Shown here: piece by piece, positions 47,202 to 55,639 of the stretch
Layout of the letters: each line of letters opens with the position of its first letter
Numbering within the stretch: the stretch's first letter is position 1
From: a virus
Direction: 5' to 3' (one strand)
DNA length: 64,000 nt
Virus record (IMG/VR): IMGVR_UViG_3300045988_079296
Span: 1-64,000 of that record
Position numbers and translations under genes: made by a program
Notes under the pieces: model-generated
Seen by the model: the letters and a program-made list of their open reading frames with translations, nothing else
Told to the model about the DNA's origin: nothing
Databases searched by the model: none

Positions 47202-47987
47202 TTATTTAAGCAACTTTACTTTTGATGTCTGAGCTTGCTTACTCTCAGATACTCCTTTATGAATTTGAGTGTTCTTTCCATCCTTTACTCCGAAAGCGAA
47301 GCAAGAGTCATGTTTGGCATTCGGTTGCTTTCTTCCCTTGGCATAACCTCCGAACTTTTGAGCTACATATGTATCAATCTCCGCTCCCGTCCGAACTACC
47401 AAGGCTGTAACCTTCGTGCCATAGTCCTTATCTTCGTTTTGCACCTTCTCACGGTCACTCTCTTCCTTGAACTTCATATCCAATCCTGCGGCACAACCTT
47501 CCAAATATCTCCGAAGGTATGTATCAAGTCCGATAGGTTTTACAAGATAGTCCATTGTTTCCTGATACTCCTTGTATCTGTTCTTCCCGAAGGCTATGAA
47601 CTTCTCACACAGCATATTGTATAACCACTTAACGGTTTCCATGTTCTCTTCCTTACCGAAGAAAATCATGTTTTTGTCCTTTTGTTTCCCATAGCGGAAT
47701 ACCTTACAAAAGTTCCACTTACAAATAACGAACATCAACTTGAACTCCCAATCACCTCCGATAAACTTGAAGCGGTAGCAAGACATGATGTTTTCTTTAA
47801 CAACGTCTCTTTCTTGCTCTTCCTGAGATACGTCACCCATAGTAAGGTTGTACTGAGTAAGCAGCCGTTGAATTGCGGCAGCCGCAGCATTTGCTTCGCC
47901 TTCGGAATTGATTTTCTTTGCTCCTTCGTACAAACGCATTAACTTTTGAAGTTTCGTCTTAATCTTGTCTAAATTTGTTGCTTCCAT
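47202..47987 (-). CDS. DUF2786-like protein
   Basis: The N-terminal KIKTKLQKLMRLYEGAKKINSEGEANAAAAAIQRLLTQYNL matches the DUF2786 pattern (KI.KLLaLAest...EAe.A..kAqeLm). Confidence 0.65.
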   Translation of the reverse strand: MEATNLDKIKTKLQKLMRLYEGAKKINSEGEANAAAAAIQRLLTQYNLTMGDVSQEEQERDVVKENIMSCYRFKFIGGDWEFKLMFVICKWNFCKVFRYGKQKDKNMIFFGKEENMETVKWLYNMLCEKFIAFGKNRYKEYQETMDYLVKPIGLDTYLRRYLEGCAAGLDMKFKEESDREKVQNEDKDYGTKVTALVVRTGAEIDTYVAQKFGGYAKGRKQPNAKHDSCFAFGVKDGKNTQIHKGVSESKQAQTSKVKLLK

Positions 47988-48000
47988 AACTTGATATTTT

Positions 48001-48018
48001 CAATTTGATTTACAATTT
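48001..48018 (-). promoter_or_regulatory. 18-nt leader motif AAATTGTAAATCAAATTG, copy c
   Basis: Exact 18-mer shared with 54834-54851 and 63052-63069. It lies between the -7 box at 48037-48044 and the ATG at 47987. Confidence 0.6.
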
Positions 48019-48036
48019 ATATTTCCAATTACAGTA

Positions 48037-48067
48037 CAAAGATACGGACTATTTTTGTAACCGCAAA
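48037..48067 (-). promoter_or_regulatory. Bacteroidota-type promoter (TTTG-N19-TATCTTTG)
   Basis: On the minus strand, TTTG is at 48064-48067 and TATCTTTG at 48037-48044, with a 19-nt spacer. Part of a ~40-nt block conserved at three sites. Confidence 0.65.
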
Positions 48068-48096
48068 ATATTTTGCCAACTTTTTTACGTTTTTAA

Positions 48097-48303
48097 CTAA
48101 TTTTCTGCATTCCCGCAGTCCAAAGTGAAATTCTTTATCTCCGTTATGGATTTTATTTCGGCTCTTCCAAGAAGATTTATCAACGGCTCTACAAAGTCAG
48201 AAGCGCAAACCGTACTGGATTGGGTTGCCGTTCTCATCAACTCCAAAAATTGTTTCCCATCGCTCTCGCTAAATTCTAATTTTTGTGCAATTTCTATAAT
48301 CAT
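48097..48303 (-). CDS. Hypothetical small protein
   Basis: 68-aa ORF between the helicase gene and promoter repeat R1. Confidence 0.5.
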   Translation of the reverse strand: MIIEIAQKLEFSESDGKQFLELMRTATQSSTVCASDFVEPLINLLGRAEIKSITEIKNFTLDCGNAEN

Positions 48304-48330
48304 ACCCGTAAACGTTTAAATCTACGGGTA
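48303..48330 (-). other. 8-bp hairpin abutting the start codon of the 68-aa ORF
   Basis: tacccgta (48303-48310) pairs with tacgggta (48323-48330) around a 12-nt loop. No U-tract follows on the minus strand. Confidence 0.6.
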
Positions 48331-48339
48331 TTATAAATG

Positions 48340-49821
48340 TCAAGCTACAAAGTCCTTGACGAACCCAAGATAATGTTTCGCCCTCGTATAAGCTACATAA
48401 ACAAGATTGCTTTCTTGCTCTGCCATCCAAGGAACGTTCATGCAAGGCTTAAACCACAACTTATCTTCGCATATGATAAATACTCGGTCACTCTCCAACC
48501 CCTTCGATTTATGAATGGTGCTTAGACAAATACCCGATTTATTTCCATCGGAGAAGATTGTTTCAATACGGTCAATAACTTCTTTGGCGGTTTGTAATCC
48601 TTCGGAAAGAACCTCAATTGCTTTGACCTTATCTTCGTATCTTTTATAAACATCGCTCTCCCGTGCTTCCTTTTCGGTGCATTTCTGCTTGCTAACCACC
48701 TTTCCTATTATCCGTGATAATTCTCTCTGGAGACGTTCTTCCACGTCCTTAATCTGCTTGCGATTGGTCTTTTTAATCATATTAACGAGATTGGTTCCAA
48801 TATCCCTTCCCTTAACATATGCTTTAACTCCCGAACTGATATATTTCATACATAAATCTACCAAAGGAGCTGTGAGACGGCAAAGCACCATATCTCCGTC
48901 TTGTATCTCGGATAAAGTTGCATTGCGATTTACCATTCCCGAAGGAGCATTATCACGTGCTTCTATTTGGGGCACGATACTTTTGGCAAGGTCAATTATG
49001 TCCTTATCGCAACGGTAGCATACCGATAACGGAAGTTTAACCGTGCCAGGAATTTTCTTTAACAAATTGAAACTCTCAACGTCCGCTCCTGCGAACCCGT
49101 ATATTGCTTGTCTTGGGTCGCCTACTGCAATGAACCTTCCTCCGTTCGGCTTAACGCATTTCAAGAATAATTCCCGTTGAGCTGCATTAAGGTCTTGGCA
49201 CTCGTCTATAAATACCCAATCATATTTGAATATTTTCAATTGCTTAACGTTCGGGAAGTATATCATGTCGGTAAAGTCTATGAAAGCTGTTTCCCGTTCT
49301 CCCCATTGAATACCTTTGAGAGCCAAATCGGCTTCGTTATCTAAGAGGTCAATATCATGCTTGTAAGAAAGGTCTTCAAGTTCAGCTACGGTCTTGACTA
49401 AATTACATCTGCCAAGGTCTATAAGTTTGAGAATATTTTGCTTCCAAGCTCCCATTTGCTCATCGGGAAGAGGAACTGACGGAACTAAGTTTGAATAATT
49501 TACTCCGTTATTAACCCAAACCCGATACTTATCATCTTGAATTTGACAATCTAAGTTTCTCATACATAAAGAAGCTCCAAGACTGTGTAAGGTCTTTATA
49601 TCTACGTTGGGCATATTCCCTATTTTGATTTTCAGCTCTTCCACGATAGCCTTATTGAAAGCCAAGAACAAAACTCTTTTCCCTTTCGGAATTTGTTTCA
49701 ACGCTTCTACTATTGTTGTAGATTTACCCGAACCCGCCACTGCGTCTATAACCGCATTGCCCTTACCTATCCGAATGTAGGTGTAAACAGTTCTTTGATA
49801 TTTGCTTGGTAAAAATGCCAT
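48340..49821 (-). CDS. SF1 DNA helicase (UvrD/Rep/PcrA-like)
   Basis: AVAGSGKSTT (Walker A), VFIDECQDL (Walker B), VGDPRQAIYGFAGAD, CYRC, STIHKSKGLE and VAYTRAK are the SF1 helicase motifs in order. Confidence 0.85.
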   Translation of the reverse strand: MAFLPSKYQRTVYTYIRIGKGNAVIDAVAGSGKSTTIVEALKQIPKGKRVLFLAFNKAIVEELKIKIGNMPNVDIKTLHSLGASLCMRNLDCQIQDDKYRVWVNNGVNYSNLVPSVPLPDEQMGAWKQNILKLIDLGRCNLVKTVAELEDLSYKHDIDLLDNEADLALKGIQWGERETAFIDFTDMIYFPNVKQLKIFKYDWVFIDECQDLNAAQRELFLKCVKPNGGRFIAVGDPRQAIYGFAGADVESFNLLKKIPGTVKLPLSVCYRCDKDIIDLAKSIVPQIEARDNAPSGMVNRNATLSEIQDGDMVLCRLTAPLVDLCMKYISSGVKAYVKGRDIGTNLVNMIKKTNRKQIKDVEERLQRELSRIIGKVVSKQKCTEKEARESDVYKRYEDKVKAIEVLSEGLQTAKEVIDRIETIFSDGNKSGICLSTIHKSKGLESDRVFIICEDKLWFKPCMNVPWMAEQESNLVYVAYTRAKHYLGFVKDFVA

Positions 49822-49849
49822 AATCTTGAAATTTAAGTAGTTGTTGATA

Positions 49850-49880
49850 CAAAGGTACGGAGTAATTTTGTAACTACAAA
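49850..49880 (-). promoter_or_regulatory. Bacteroidota-type promoter (TTTG-N19-TACCTTTG) for the helicase gene
   Basis: On the minus strand, TTTG is at 49877-49880 and TACCTTTG at 49850-49857, with a 19-nt spacer. The ATG is 28 nt downstream. Confidence 0.65.
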
Positions 49881-49980
49881 ACTTTTTGTCAATTATTTTT
49901 CTTTTTAACTTTGTTTAACAAAAAGAGGAATAACTTCACAGTCACCCCTCCCTCGTTACAGCTTTACTATGGCAGTACAG

Positions 49981-50262
49981 CTATACATTTAAAATCAAAT
50001 TGTCGCTTTTCAAAAGTCCTTCCAGCTTTTCTTCGGTAGGTATCCAGCCGCAAACAAAGACAATCGTTTCTCCTTGAGCTTTTGCAGCCTTATGCCAAGC
50101 ATCTGATAGCTTCTTGAACCTTTGGTTGTGCATATAAAAATCGAAGTCTGAAACGGATATTTCCCACCAACTTCTATTCTTGTATGCGTAGGCAATCAAA
50201 CCATCTTGCATTCCTTCTACCTTTTGGAGTATGCTCAAAATAAAATCTTCAATCTTCTTCAT
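49981..50262 (-). CDS. Hypothetical protein
   Basis: 93-aa ORF with a 14-nt overlap onto the upstream gene. Confidence 0.55.
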   Translation of the reverse strand: MKKIEDFILSILQKVEGMQDGLIAYAYKNRSWWEISVSDFDFYMHNQRFKKLSDAWHKAAKAQGETIVFVCGWIPTEEKLEGLLKSDNLILNV

Positions 50263-50869
50263 ACATGAATTTGTTGAACTCTTCTTCTCCGATAACTAAC
50301 TTCAACCGCTCGGATAACAAACTGAGGTGTACTTCCTCGTCCGCAATCAGCTTAGACGTTAATTGCATTGCTATCGTCATTGTCTTGGAATAGTTCTCCG
50401 ATACTTCAGATATTCTCGCTTGAATACCTTCGTAGAAACGGATTGTTTCTTGCTCGGCTGTTATCGCTATCTTCAACGCTTCTTCTGCGTCTTTCCCAAC
50501 CTTTACGCCTGAGTTTACAAAACGTTGGTCTATCTTACCGCCTAACTTACGAATGAAGTCTGAAAGTTTATCGTAGTGCTTCATTTCAGTCATTCCAATA
50601 CCCAACATCAGCTCTCCTATATCTTCAAAAGTCGCTTCTTGGGTAGTGTACATATGTATGGCTGTAAGCTCGGAGAAAGAGTTTGAACCGTTATGTATCG
50701 GATAGAACCATTCAGCTGCTACTCCGTCATCCGCTTTCGCCCCATCATACTCTGGATATTCATAATCGGGGTTTGAATAGCGCATAGCATTTACCAACCC
50801 GTCAGTAAGGTCGTCAAGTTGATTTTTGCTCAACGGCTTCATTTTCGCAAAGTCTTTCATATTCCTCAA
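50249..50869 (-). CDS. Ferritin-fold di-metal protein (Mn-catalase / CotJC-like), tentative
   Basis: SELTAIHMYTTQ, GMTEMKHYDKLSDFIRKLGG (ExxH), AEQETIRFYE and ADEEVHLSLL (ExxH) fit the four-helix di-metal pattern of the Mn-catalase/CotJC family. Confidence 0.55.
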   Translation of the reverse strand: MRNMKDFAKMKPLSKNQLDDLTDGLVNAMRYSNPDYEYPEYDGAKADDGVAAEWFYPIHNGSNSFSELTAIHMYTTQEATFEDIGELMLGIGMTEMKHYDKLSDFIRKLGGKIDQRFVNSGVKVGKDAEEALKIAITAEQETIRFYEGIQARISEVSENYSKTMTIAMQLTSKLIADEEVHLSLLSERLKLVIGEEEFNKFMYEED

Positions 50870-51053
50870 TTTTTCTTTGTTTATCTTCTTCGGTCATATT
50901 GCAAGTGCGTCCTATAATGTTACTTGATAATATCTTCACGCTTCCATCAGGCTGCTTTTGCATCATAGTTTCAACGGCAAAGTCGTTACCTTGACCGAAG
51001 TCAACCCCGATAAACAAACCTTTGCCGTTGGTGAATTGTTGGAACTGTCTCAT
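50814..51053 (-). CDS. Hypothetical small protein
   Basis: 79-aa ORF. Its start shares 1 nt with the dUTPase stop. Confidence 0.5.
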   Translation of the reverse strand: MRQFQQFTNGKGLFIGVDFGQGNDFAVETMMQKQPDGSVKILSSNIIGRTCNMTEEDKQRKIEEYERLCENEAVEQKST

Positions 51054-51508
51054 TATTTCATTCCCGTGTGTCCATAACCTCCCGCACCTCTCTCGGAGTC
51101 ACGCTGAAAGCCTTCTACTGGTTTCCATGTAGCTTGGAATAAACCGCCTGAGCCGTTGCACACCGCCTGAGCAATTCTCTCCCCTCTCTTAACAACAAAC
51201 GTCTCGTTGCTGAGATTAATCAAAGGCACTCCAACTTCTCCTTGGTAGTCGGCATCTATTGTGCCAGGTGCGTTGATAACTGTTATGCCTTTCTTAACAG
51301 CCAAACCGCTTCTCGGTCTTATCTGCATTTCGGCATCCGTAGGTAGCTCAACATATACTCCCGTAGGAACAACGCAACGTTCCATGGGTTGAAGTACAAT
51401 GTCATTAACGTTTGCAGCATACAAATCTGCTCCTGCCGAAAGTTCGGTTGCATAATAGGGAAGTTTACCAAAACCTTTGATAATAATTCTTACGTCTCTC
51501 TTTTCCAT
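51053..51508 (-). CDS. dut: dUTP pyrophosphatase (trimeric dUTPase)
   Basis: ATELSAGADLYA, RPRSGLAVKKGI, GTIDADYQGEVG, GERIAQ and the C-terminal RGAGGYGHTG are dUTPase motifs 1-5. Confidence 0.9.
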   Translation of the reverse strand: MEKRDVRIIIKGFGKLPYYATELSAGADLYAANVNDIVLQPMERCVVPTGVYVELPTDAEMQIRPRSGLAVKKGITVINAPGTIDADYQGEVGVPLINLSNETFVVKRGERIAQAVCNGSGGLFQATWKPVEGFQRDSERGAGGYGHTGMK

Positions 51509-51525
51509 TGTTGTTTATTTAATTG

Positions 51526-53196
51526 TTATAAAAATGTATATTTGAATCCCGTTGTTATCAAATTAGCTCCTAACTTAGCCAACCAGAAGCTGGATGAAAT
51601 ATCATCATGCTCTCCTACACTCTCCAATCCCTTATCCGTGAACGCCACAGAACCAAGGTCGGAGAATATGAGGTCTTTAACGTTGCGAGAATAGTCATCG
51701 CCTACGGGAATGTGGATTTTGCCACGCTCAAAGTCTATCGCCAAACCTGGCCAACCCGTCTTCAAGTCATACTTATCTATTCCCGTAGTATGTCCCACAA
51801 CTGGAAGTCCTTGACGGTCACTCTCTTGTACGAATATTTGTTGGAATGTGTTTTGCTCCAATATCATCGTATCAGGTCTGAACCTTGCGTTGATACCTTT
51901 CAACGTCTGCATTTGTTCGTTGAAAGTCATTCCCTTTTGGCGGTGGAAATTAAGCAACCATCTTTCTCCCGTCTCGTCATCTACTCCCCATGTACTGAAC
52001 ACGGTGTAGTCGGCTGCTACGTTAGCGGAGATTGCGAAGTCACAACCCGTTACAACTTTGTTAAACTTAATAGGGAAGTCATCACGATTTCTTACCAATA
52101 CATAATTTTCCATACGGAGTAAAGAACGCTCAAGAACCTTCAACGGGAAGATTGATGCTTCATTCGTAATAGGTCGGCATAAGTTCTCACGGGAAAAGAT
52201 TATGTTACCTTGGGTTGACCTCTTATCTAACAAATCGAAGAAGCTCCAACGCTGTGGCCAAAGTATTCGTCCATCGGGAAAGATTGCAGGATATTCAATT
52301 ACAAACCATCCTTTCTTGCTCTTCAAATCTCCGTATAAGTCGGCTGCGTGAAATGGAGTTCCAACGACTACTATTTGTCCACCTGGTACAAGCATGTTCA
52401 TAATTACCGAATGGAAATAGTCAATGCTCTTCTGCCTTTGTAGCTGACTGTATATGACGTTATCTTTCAGTCCGTCATCTACGACTATCCAGAAGGGGTG
52501 AGCACCACGTACAGAGCTTCCAAACCCCTTACACGTCAATCTCGCTCCGTTCTTACATACGATATTCGTACTTGCCCACGCTCCGCTGTTTCTCGTATCG
52601 GGGAAAAGACGATTGCGAAGAATGTCGTTGCTCTCTATCGTTCCCTTCAAAATCTCCATTAAGTCCACGGACTGCTGGAGTGAGAAGCTAAACAAATACC
52701 CACGATTGGAATTTGCCTTCGTTGGTCTTGCCGAAAACACATTGCCTCTCGGCTTTGCGTAGGAATAAAGTTTCCAAGCAGCGTATGCGTTGGAGAAGTA
52801 GAAAGATTTACCGTGGTCACGGGCAGCTTCAATACAGAGCTTTCTATGACGGTGCACCAAATCTCCCCATTCCAAATGATGCCAAGATAGTTGGAAGTCT
52901 GGAATGACCGAAGTAATGAAGTATGTAAGGTTTCTTGTCCTTAAAGTTTCCTCAATACTCTCTGAAAGTCTCTCGGTGTACTTCGGGGAAAAGTCTATAT
53001 CAGTCTTGCCCGTGTACATAACTTCAAAAGTGTCTCGGATTAAGTTATCAATAACAAAGTCCAAGTCACCCTCCGAACCTTCAAGAAGCTCGTTTATGCC
53101 TCTTTCGTCCAAACCTTCTATAATTTCATCAACGACATTCAAACATTCCAATCGGTGCATTGGGGTTTGAAGTATCAATCCTGAGTCTGTAATCAT
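51526..53196 (-). CDS. terL: Terminase large subunit
   Basis: 556 aa. ATPase motifs AARDHGKSF (Walker A-like) and WIVVDDGL (Walker B), then an RNase H-like nuclease half (GCDFAIS...DYTV, GEHDD). Confidence 0.85.
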   Translation of the reverse strand: MITDSGLILQTPMHRLECLNVVDEIIEGLDERGINELLEGSEGDLDFVIDNLIRDTFEVMYTGKTDIDFSPKYTERLSESIEETLRTRNLTYFITSVIPDFQLSWHHLEWGDLVHRHRKLCIEAARDHGKSFYFSNAYAAWKLYSYAKPRGNVFSARPTKANSNRGYLFSFSLQQSVDLMEILKGTIESNDILRNRLFPDTRNSGAWASTNIVCKNGARLTCKGFGSSVRGAHPFWIVVDDGLKDNVIYSQLQRQKSIDYFHSVIMNMLVPGGQIVVVGTPFHAADLYGDLKSKKGWFVIEYPAIFPDGRILWPQRWSFFDLLDKRSTQGNIIFSRENLCRPITNEASIFPLKVLERSLLRMENYVLVRNRDDFPIKFNKVVTGCDFAISANVAADYTVFSTWGVDDETGERWLLNFHRQKGMTFNEQMQTLKGINARFRPDTMILEQNTFQQIFVQESDRQGLPVVGHTTGIDKYDLKTGWPGLAIDFERGKIHIPVGDDYSRNVKDLIFSDLGSVAFTDKGLESVGEHDDISSSFWLAKLGANLITTGFKYTFL

Positions 53197-53211
53197 ACCA
53201 AACGTCTTTAA

Positions 53212-53247
53212 ACAGCAAAAGCTAACAAAGATTGCTCCTTGTTAGCT
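53212..53247 (-). terminator. Hairpin / weak terminator upstream of terL
   Basis: 9-bp stem (agctaacaa at 53220-53228 pairs with ttgttagct at 53239-53247), followed on the minus strand by TTTGCTGTTT. The U-tract is interrupted. Confidence 0.45.
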
Positions 53248-53270
53248 CCCACACTTATATTACCTTGTTG

Positions 53271-54035
53271 TTAGTATTCGATTGTGCCGTCAATATCGGC
53301 TTGTAACTTCCTATAAAGTTCATCCTTTTCCTCCTTCGTCAAACTATCATCCGAATCAATCGAAGCCTTGTATCGCAAAATGTCGTTATTGAGAATTTTG
53401 CACATCGACAATACATCTGTCTTTATGGTATCTCTTTGAGCCTTCTTATTAAAGACAAGACGGAACTCATAATCACCTTTCGTAAACTCCAACAATCCGA
53501 ATATTTGCAGAGCGTTCAAAGCGTTCGCTGCCTTCTGATGAGATAACTTCGTAGCCTTACAAAGTTGAGTTCTTGTAAATATGGTATGTTCCGCTTGTTC
53601 GATAGGAGTTGAACCCGCAAGGATTAACCAAACTTGTTTTGCATTACGCTCGGATTGGATGCGGTTGGTTGCATCTGAAAGAAAGTTTGAGAGATTGTTT
53701 TTGTTTGCCGTTTCTCCTTTCGCATCAAGATAGTCGTCAATTATCTTATCTTCCAATATAACTACTTCCACCCCGTTCTCCTTTGCAGCCGAAGTAGCAA
53801 TTTGAGCCACAGTCGGATGGAGACATGCCATAATCAATACTGACTGTTCTCTCGGTGGAACAGGTTTCTTGTATGTTTCCTCTTTAGGTGCTTGCTCTTC
53901 AAGTTTCGGAGCTTCTTCAACCTTCTTCCTCGTTCTCTTTGCAGGAAGTTCACCTGCGGCACGGGCAGCTTCAATTTCTGCCTTCGTTCTCCGTTTACGC
54001 TTCGGAGCTTCTGATTTGTTTTCCAATTCTGACAT
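53271..54035 (-). CDS. DNA-binding protein; possible small terminase subunit (by position only)
   Basis: 254 aa. Basic, Ala-rich N-terminus (KRKRRTKAEIEAARAAG) and an HTH-like LCKATKLSHQKAANALNAL. It lies directly upstream of terL. Confidence 0.35.
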   Translation of the reverse strand: MSELENKSEAPKRKRRTKAEIEAARAAGELPAKRTRKKVEEAPKLEEQAPKEETYKKPVPPREQSVLIMACLHPTVAQIATSAAKENGVEVVILEDKIIDDYLDAKGETANKNNLSNFLSDATNRIQSERNAKQVWLILAGSTPIEQAEHTIFTRTQLCKATKLSHQKAANALNALQIFGLLEFTKGDYEFRLVFNKKAQRDTIKTDVLSMCKILNNDILRYKASIDSDDSLTKEEKDELYRKLQADIDGTIEY

Positions 54036-54039
54036 AGTC

Positions 54040-54049
54040 TTTACAATTT
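54040..54049 (-). promoter_or_regulatory. Copy of the start-proximal motif AAATTGTAAA
   Basis: Exact 10-mer, 4 nt upstream of the ATG at 54035. Confidence 0.5.
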
Positions 54050-54066
54050 ACGATATTATACTTGTT

Positions 54067-54822
54067 TTATCTCTTAATGTATTTCAAAGTGTGACGTATC
54101 AAATAGTCGGCAGCAACTTGAGGTGTCTCAAATAAGTCCTTAACGCTTACATCTTGCATCAATGAATACTTATTAGGAGCTGGTGAAGGTTCAATATCTT
54201 CATCCATATCTTCATAATAAGCGTTCCAATCAATCCATTTTTGGTTTACAATCTCCAAGTTATACAGAATTGACTTGCCGTCCTCTCCGTAATGCAAGGA
54301 GATTATCTTGCCCTCAACAATACCTCCGTCTTTCAACGCAAATCTCATATCTCCTAAATTGGGGATAATTACTTGTCGTTTTACTTTGACGGCTGGAGAA
54401 GAGTGTTGATGCGCATCCTTGCGTGTGCTTGAGCGTTTTGGCTGAAGGTCGGAACTCTTTGATGCGGGATAACCTTCAAAGTCCTCCGCTTTCCGTTCTC
54501 CTACGGGAACATAATACGACTTGCGTTCCGCTTTGGCTTCCTCGTGAATAGTCTTAACCAAATACTTAATGTCGGGAATGATTTGGGACTTAACCATGTA
54601 ACGCTTCCCAGACATTTCTCCTTCTTCCTCTACCAAACCTAATTTAGCAAGAGCCTTCATAACGTATGGAGCGTATTTCTTTTCTACTCCTGCGCTTTCA
54701 AGAATTTTACCAATTGGTCTTTCCTTTACATTTATCCATACGTTCAAGTTGGATACATTTAAAATCTCTTCCAAAGCCAGCTCCAACGCTGCTCTTACTT
54801 CATCGACAGTTGCTCTTGCCAT
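54067..54822 (-). CDS. Winged-helix-like DNA-binding protein (tentative)
   Basis: The first 32 codons of the track ORF 54067-54918 translate the conserved intergenic motif, so I use the ATG at 54820-54822 (MARATVDEV). GKILESAGVEKKYAPYVMKALAKLGLVEEEG...KRYMV looks like a wHTH. Confidence 0.6.
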   Translation of the reverse strand: MARATVDEVRAALELALEEILNVSNLNVWINVKERPIGKILESAGVEKKYAPYVMKALAKLGLVEEEGEMSGKRYMVKSQIIPDIKYLVKTIHEEAKAERKSYYVPVGERKAEDFEGYPASKSSDLQPKRSSTRKDAHQHSSPAVKVKRQVIIPNLGDMRFALKDGGIVEGKIISLHYGEDGKSILYNLEIVNQKWIDWNAYYEDMDEDIEPSPAPNKYSLMQDVSVKDLFETPQVAADYLIRHTLKYIKR

Positions 54823-54833
54823 AATTATTACTA

Positions 54834-54851
54834 CAATTTGATTTACAATTT
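54834..54851 (-). promoter_or_regulatory. 18-nt leader motif AAATTGTAAATCAAATTG, copy b
   Basis: Exact 18-mer, 11 nt upstream of the ATG at 54822 and downstream of a TATATTTG box. Confidence 0.6.
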
Positions 54852-54861
54852 TGTTAATATA

Positions 54862-54869
54862 CAAATATA
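54862..54869 (-). promoter_or_regulatory. Candidate -7 box TATATTTG (no clear -33 TTTG)
   Basis: Matches TAnnTTTG on the minus strand, 39 nt upstream of the ATG at 54822. Confidence 0.35.
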
Positions 54870-54883
54870 AACTTTGGCGACTT

Positions 54884-55558
54884 TTATTTTGGGTTTTTGC
54901 CTGCACATCTAAACTCAAAGAACTCCTTGCCTTTCGTGCGCTCTCTTACTTCCTTTTCAACGCTCGCTTCTCCCTTCTTACTTCGGAGCTTCTTCATAAA
55001 CCAACGGAGAAGGTCTGCGGTTGCTTCTACGTCATTCATAGCACCGTGAGCATCGGTTATCTTCAACTTGGCGTATCGGATTGCATCTGATAATGTAATT
55101 TTCTCGTTTCCGTTTACTCCCCAAGTAAGTTTAGTCAAAGTCATGGTATCAATAAAGTTATCTTGGAGTAATTGCCAAATACTTCCTTTCTTACAGTATT
55201 GGAAGGCCCATTCCAACATACGGTGGTCAAATGATATATTATGTCCTACCGATACCATGCGCCTTGCATCTTCCCATTTCGCCTTCGATTGATATTGTTT
55301 CCAAAGCTCATGAGTAGTACTGATGAACTCCTTGACTGGAATACCGTTCTTTATATCGGACATCGTTACCATGGTCTTATCCAAAGCAGCTTGTTCAATC
55401 TTTAGGTCGGCATAAGGCTTGACAAATGTCTCGTATCGGTCAAGCTCCTTTAGCGTTGTTCCTTCGAGAATAATACAAGCATATTGAGTGATTGGGTTTT
55501 CTTCGGGTTTCAATCCTCCCGTCTCGCAGTCGTGAACTATAAAATTACTTGTTATCAT
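54884..55558 (-). CDS. DEDDh 3'-5' exonuclease (DnaQ / RNase T-like)
   Basis: Exo I is FIVHDCETGG, Exo II is VGHNISFDHRML and Exo III is AHGAMNDVEATADL (HxxxxD). Confidence 0.8.
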   Translation of the reverse strand: MITSNFIVHDCETGGLKPEENPITQYACIILEGTTLKELDRYETFVKPYADLKIEQAALDKTMVTMSDIKNGIPVKEFISTTHELWKQYQSKAKWEDARRMVSVGHNISFDHRMLEWAFQYCKKGSIWQLLQDNFIDTMTLTKLTWGVNGNEKITLSDAIRYAKLKITDAHGAMNDVEATADLLRWFMKKLRSKKGEASVEKEVRERTKGKEFFEFRCAGKNPK

Positions 55559-55574
55559 ATTACCTTTAAATTAA

Positions 55575-55616
55575 GAATACCGTAAACTTAGTAAATAAAC
55601 CTTGTTCACGGTATTC
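55575..55616 (-). terminator. 9-bp hairpin, possible terminator
   Basis: gaataccgt (55575-55583) pairs with acggtattc (55608-55616) around a 24-nt loop. The trailing minus-strand TTAATTTAAA is U-poor. Confidence 0.4.
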
Positions 55617-55639
55617 GGGGATATGGAAAGATACAAAGA

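Noticed and set aside
50814-51053. The 79-aa ORF (GLFIGVDFGQGNDFAV...) as a detached fragment of the terminase nuclease domain.
   Set aside because: The terL ORF at 51526-53196 already contains a complete ATPase and nuclease half. The resemblance is limited to one short GxDxG-like strand.
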